The notes beneath the pieces are model-generated. The model was given only the letters and a program-made list of their open reading frames with translations. It was not told the DNA's origin and did no database searches. From Gracilinanus agilis (Eukaryota), in NCBI RefSeq assembly GCF_016433145.1, contig NC_058132.1:28975890-29038008 (forward strand): a stretch of DNA of 62,119 bases, in the 5' to 3' direction. The stretch's first letter is position 1; every line of letters begins with the position of its first letter. Of this stretch, positions 59,101-62,119 are shown piece by piece. A program made the translations under genes and the position numbers.

Positions 59101-60909
59101 CCTGCTGCCCTGGGAGCCCCGGCCCGGCTGGAGTGCCTTGTGCTCGGATCTCCAGCCCCTGATGCAGTGGTGAGCCCTTCGGCCTCAGCCTCCACACCCA
59201 CCCGCCGACCCCCAGGCTCCAGCCCGAGCTGAACCTTCCCTTCTCCCTGTCCCTGCAGGTCTGGTCCTGGGGCGAGGGCGACCTGGCCTCAGGCTCTCGA
59301 GGCCGCTTCCTGGTGGAGACGGTCCCTGCCCCGGGGGCTGCCGGGAGTGGGCCGCGGGGGCTGCTCTCGGTGCTGCACATCTCAGGGACTCGGGAAGCAG
59401 ACTTCGCCAGAGACTTCAACTGTAGCGCTCGGAACCGGCTGGGCGAGGCCGGCGCCAGATCCGGGCTGACCCGCAGTGGTGAGCCCTGAGCCCCGCAAGC
59501 CCCTGGCCTCTTGGGCGAGGAGTTCAGGGCCCTAAGGCCCCCGGGGCGGGGCGGGGGCGGGGGACGGGACCCAGCACCTTCCACACTTCGTGGGAAGCCT
59601 GCCCTGCTTTCGGGATGGCGCGGCCCTCAAGGCCCCGCTTTGATCCCTGTATCCTCTGCCAGACCCCCTGCCCCTGGTGCGCCTCGTGGCCGGAGTGGCT
59701 GCCGCAGCCACCGCCTTCCTGTTGCTGCTCATCGCGGGGGGCGCCCACTGCTGCTGGCGCCGAGCTCGAGGTCAGTGTAGTCCGTTGGGGTCCTTCCCGC
59801 CTCGCTGGCCCCTAGTCACTCCTGGTTCAGCTCGCCGGGTTTCTGGGGTACCGCCCTCAAGCTCCGCCCTTCTCCCCACCCCCAGGCTCCGGAGCCAGGA
59901 TCTCTAAGCGGGACATCCTAGTGCAAATCACCGACAGCGATGGTTCCAGCCCTCGGGCCCCGGAGGAAGAGGACGAGGGGAGCCGGGAAGACCGGGTATG
60001 CGCCCCCGCGAGGCTGCGGAAGCCCTAGTGGGAGGGGAGGGGAGGGGCGGGGCTGTCCTAGGACGCTCGGTGACAGGCACGGTGCCGCCCTGCAGGTCTC
60101 CAGCAGCGAGTCCCCCGGCACTGCCCACACCAAGCAGAGCGACCTGGAGGCCGAGGAGGAGGCGGGGCCCGAGGCCAAGGTGGGCGGAGCCTGTAGGTTC
60201 TGGGGCCCATTCTAACAGCCTTCCTGTCTGTCTGACTTCTTCCCTGCATCCCTTTCGGGGTCCCGCAGTCGCCTGACTGCTTTCTCTTTCCTTCTCTTGC
60301 TCAGGCCCTGCTTGGCCCACCTCTCCGAAGTCCTTCCTGTCAGGGCACATCATTATGGGAGGGAGGGGGGGTCTCTTTCCCCCATTGGCCTAGTTGTGGC
60401 TCCTCGGTTTCTCTCCTCTATCAGCCACCGCCCAGGCTCCCTGCTGTCTCCCTTCGGTCTCCCTGGCTCCTCCAAAGCTCTTTCTTGGGTCTGGCCCCTC
60501 ATATGGACTCTCCTGGGGCCTCTGTTGCCCCCCTTTCCTGATGCCTCCGGCCCATTTTCATCCCTTTCATCTCTCCCAGGATCCCACTAACGGCTACTAT
60601 AAAGTTCGATGTGCCGTCGGGAGCCAGGACCCCGGACCTGCCCTGTTCTCCTCGCCAGCGTCCCCTGTCTTCCCTGCCAGCCCCTCTGGACTCTATGACC
60701 TGGCCCCTCACCTGGCCTTATTCCCCCCGGACCTAGGGGGCCTCTACCTGCCCCGGGAGGGCTACCTCACCACTCCATACACCCGGGCGTTCAGCAGCTA
60801 TGTCAGATCCACCCCGTATGGGGCCCCTGAGCCAGCCCCTGGGGCGCCCCCCTTTTCCTACACTGTCCTCCCAGTTCCTGGCCACCAGCGCCTTCAAACC
60901 CACGTGTGA
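56115..60909 (+). CDS. KIRREL2: Kin of IRRE-like 2 (NEPH3/filtrin): signal peptide, 5 Ig domains, TM, cytoplasmic tail ending THV
   Basis: Exon 1 [17 protein letters not shown] at 56115-56166. [67 protein letters not shown] and QRLQTHV* match KIRREL2 as recalled. Confidence 0.96.
58277..58465 (+). mobile_element. Opossum SINE in a KIRREL2 intron
   Basis: GGCAGCTGGGTAGCTCAGTG head, CCCATTGCCTAGCCCTTAC body and A-rich tail. Confidence 0.85.
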
Positions 60910-61417
60910 CCTGCTGCTCAGCCCGCCAGCCAAGGGAAGGCCTCTGGAAAGTCTCCAGTCTTCTTGGGTGATGAACTGGGCCACCAAGATTCCCCCCTCA
61001 AGAGAGCAAACCAAGTCTGGGAATGGGGAGGGAGGAGGGGAAAGACTTTGATGGACAGCTGACCCAGCAAATGGGAAAGGCTCAAGCCAAACCACGCCAA
61101 CAGGTCACTCCAGTCGAGAGAATTCAAAGTGGCAGGTGGGCTAGGACGGAACCCTGGTATACAGGGGACGGCATCGAGGATGGCATCGAGGGCACAGATA
61201 TCCAAAAGCAGAGCCAGGATGGCATGAAGACCGAGACTGCCTGGTGGGTGCTCAGTCTCATAGAAACGTGCCAACATGGCTTGGTGGGCCCAAGGTGGCC
61301 ACCTCACCTGCGGGGGAGGAGGGCACCTGGGGTGCGTTTCTCCAAGTGGCCCCATTGCCGAGGCAAATACGAATTGGGAAATGTGGGGTAGATGTCGGGG
61401 TTTGAATATTTATGTTT

Positions 61418-61423
61418 AATAAA
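61418..61423 (+). terminator. AATAAA polyadenylation signal of KIRREL2
   Basis: First AATAAA after the stop, in an AT-rich patch. Confidence 0.65.
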
Positions 61424-61539
61424 AAAAATTTTAAAAAGGAAAACCCTTCGTGTGAGATCTTTTGCTAGCCAAAAGCAGCCGGGTCATGGAAGACTGTCCG
61501 CAGGGCTATTCTAGCCCTTCAGCCCCGGGGCAGGGCCCT

Positions 61540-62056
61540 TCGGCAGCTGAGGAAGCCGGCGGGGGAGGGGGGCGGTATCGTGACTGTGGAGATGGCGTGC
61601 CCAGGTGTCTGAGGGGGCTGGGAGACCTCTGCTTCGATCGCCCACGCATGGCGAGGTCCTCAAGAGGTCTAGGAGGCGGCCCGGGGCCCAGTGCGTGCAG
61701 CAGGGCGAGCACTCTCACCCGCGCTATTGTCCGGGCCAGGGAGGCGGGGCCGGGGCGGGGCTGGCGGCGCCGGCGCAGCCCGGGGCTGGGGGGGGCAGCA
61801 GGAGGAGGAGGCGGCGGCGGTGCTGGGAGCTCCTGTCACCGGCGGGCCCAGGGCGGGGAAACCCGGGGGAGGGGGCTGGCGGAGTGAAAGGAGGGCCACC
61901 AACCAAGGACTGGGGGAAGGGTAGGGCGAGCTCGTCTGAGCCGGGAGGAAGGCCGGGCCGGGCCGAGCGAGGAAGCGGATCGCGGGCCCACGGCTCGCTG
62001 CAGGGCCAGGCAGGGGAGACAGAGGAGGGGGCTCGGGCCCCGGCCCCGGCCCGGAT
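61540..62056 (+). promoter_or_regulatory. CpG-island promoter and 5' UTR of APLP1
   Basis: Very CpG-rich with GC boxes (GGGGCGGGG), directly upstream of the APLP1 ATG. Confidence 0.7.
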
Positions 62057-62119
62057 ATGGGGGCAGCGAACCCCGCGGCCCGCGGGCTCGGCCGCCGCCT
62101 CTCTTCGCTGCTACTGCTG
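62057..62119 (+). CDS. APLP1: Amyloid beta precursor-like protein 1, start of signal peptide (truncated by window end)
   Basis: MGAANPAARGLGRRLSSLLLL resembles human MGPASPAARGLSRR..; synteny downstream of KIRREL2 fits. Confidence 0.85.
   Translation, partial: MGAANPAARGLGRRLSSLLLL

Noticed and set aside
61490-61540. REST/RE1-like motifs upstream of APLP1
   Set aside because: Both candidates have too many mismatches or a spacing error relative to the RE1 consensus.
61462-61887. 141-aa Gly/Arg-rich ORF upstream of APLP1
   Set aside because: Typical stop-poor CpG-island ORF with no recognisable domain.

Overview
This is marsupial genomic DNA, most likely a didelphid opossum: it carries young SINE1_Mdo-type SINEs, MAR1 SINEs and marsupial L1. 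The gene order matches human 19q13.12: PROSER3 (+), ARHGAP33 (+), an apparently intact multi-exon TEX14 paralog (-), PRODH2 (-), an ~17 kb block made almost entirely of transposable elements (including a full-length RBBP4 retrocopy nested in an L1 and a 145-nt assembly gap), KIRREL2 (+), and the start of APLP1 (+). Gene identities come from my recall of the human proteins and from hand-reconstructed GT-AG exon chains; no database search was run. Two results stand out. (1) A 19-coding-exon, ~742-aa ankyrin-repeat plus pseudokinase TEX14 paralog has a germline-type promoter but no CEP55-binding GPPX3Y motif in my model; it is a candidate second intercellular-bridge or cytokinesis factor. (2) NPHS1 (nephrin), expected between PRODH2 and KIRREL2, is not visible, and the only gap appears to lie inside a single L1 5' UTR.
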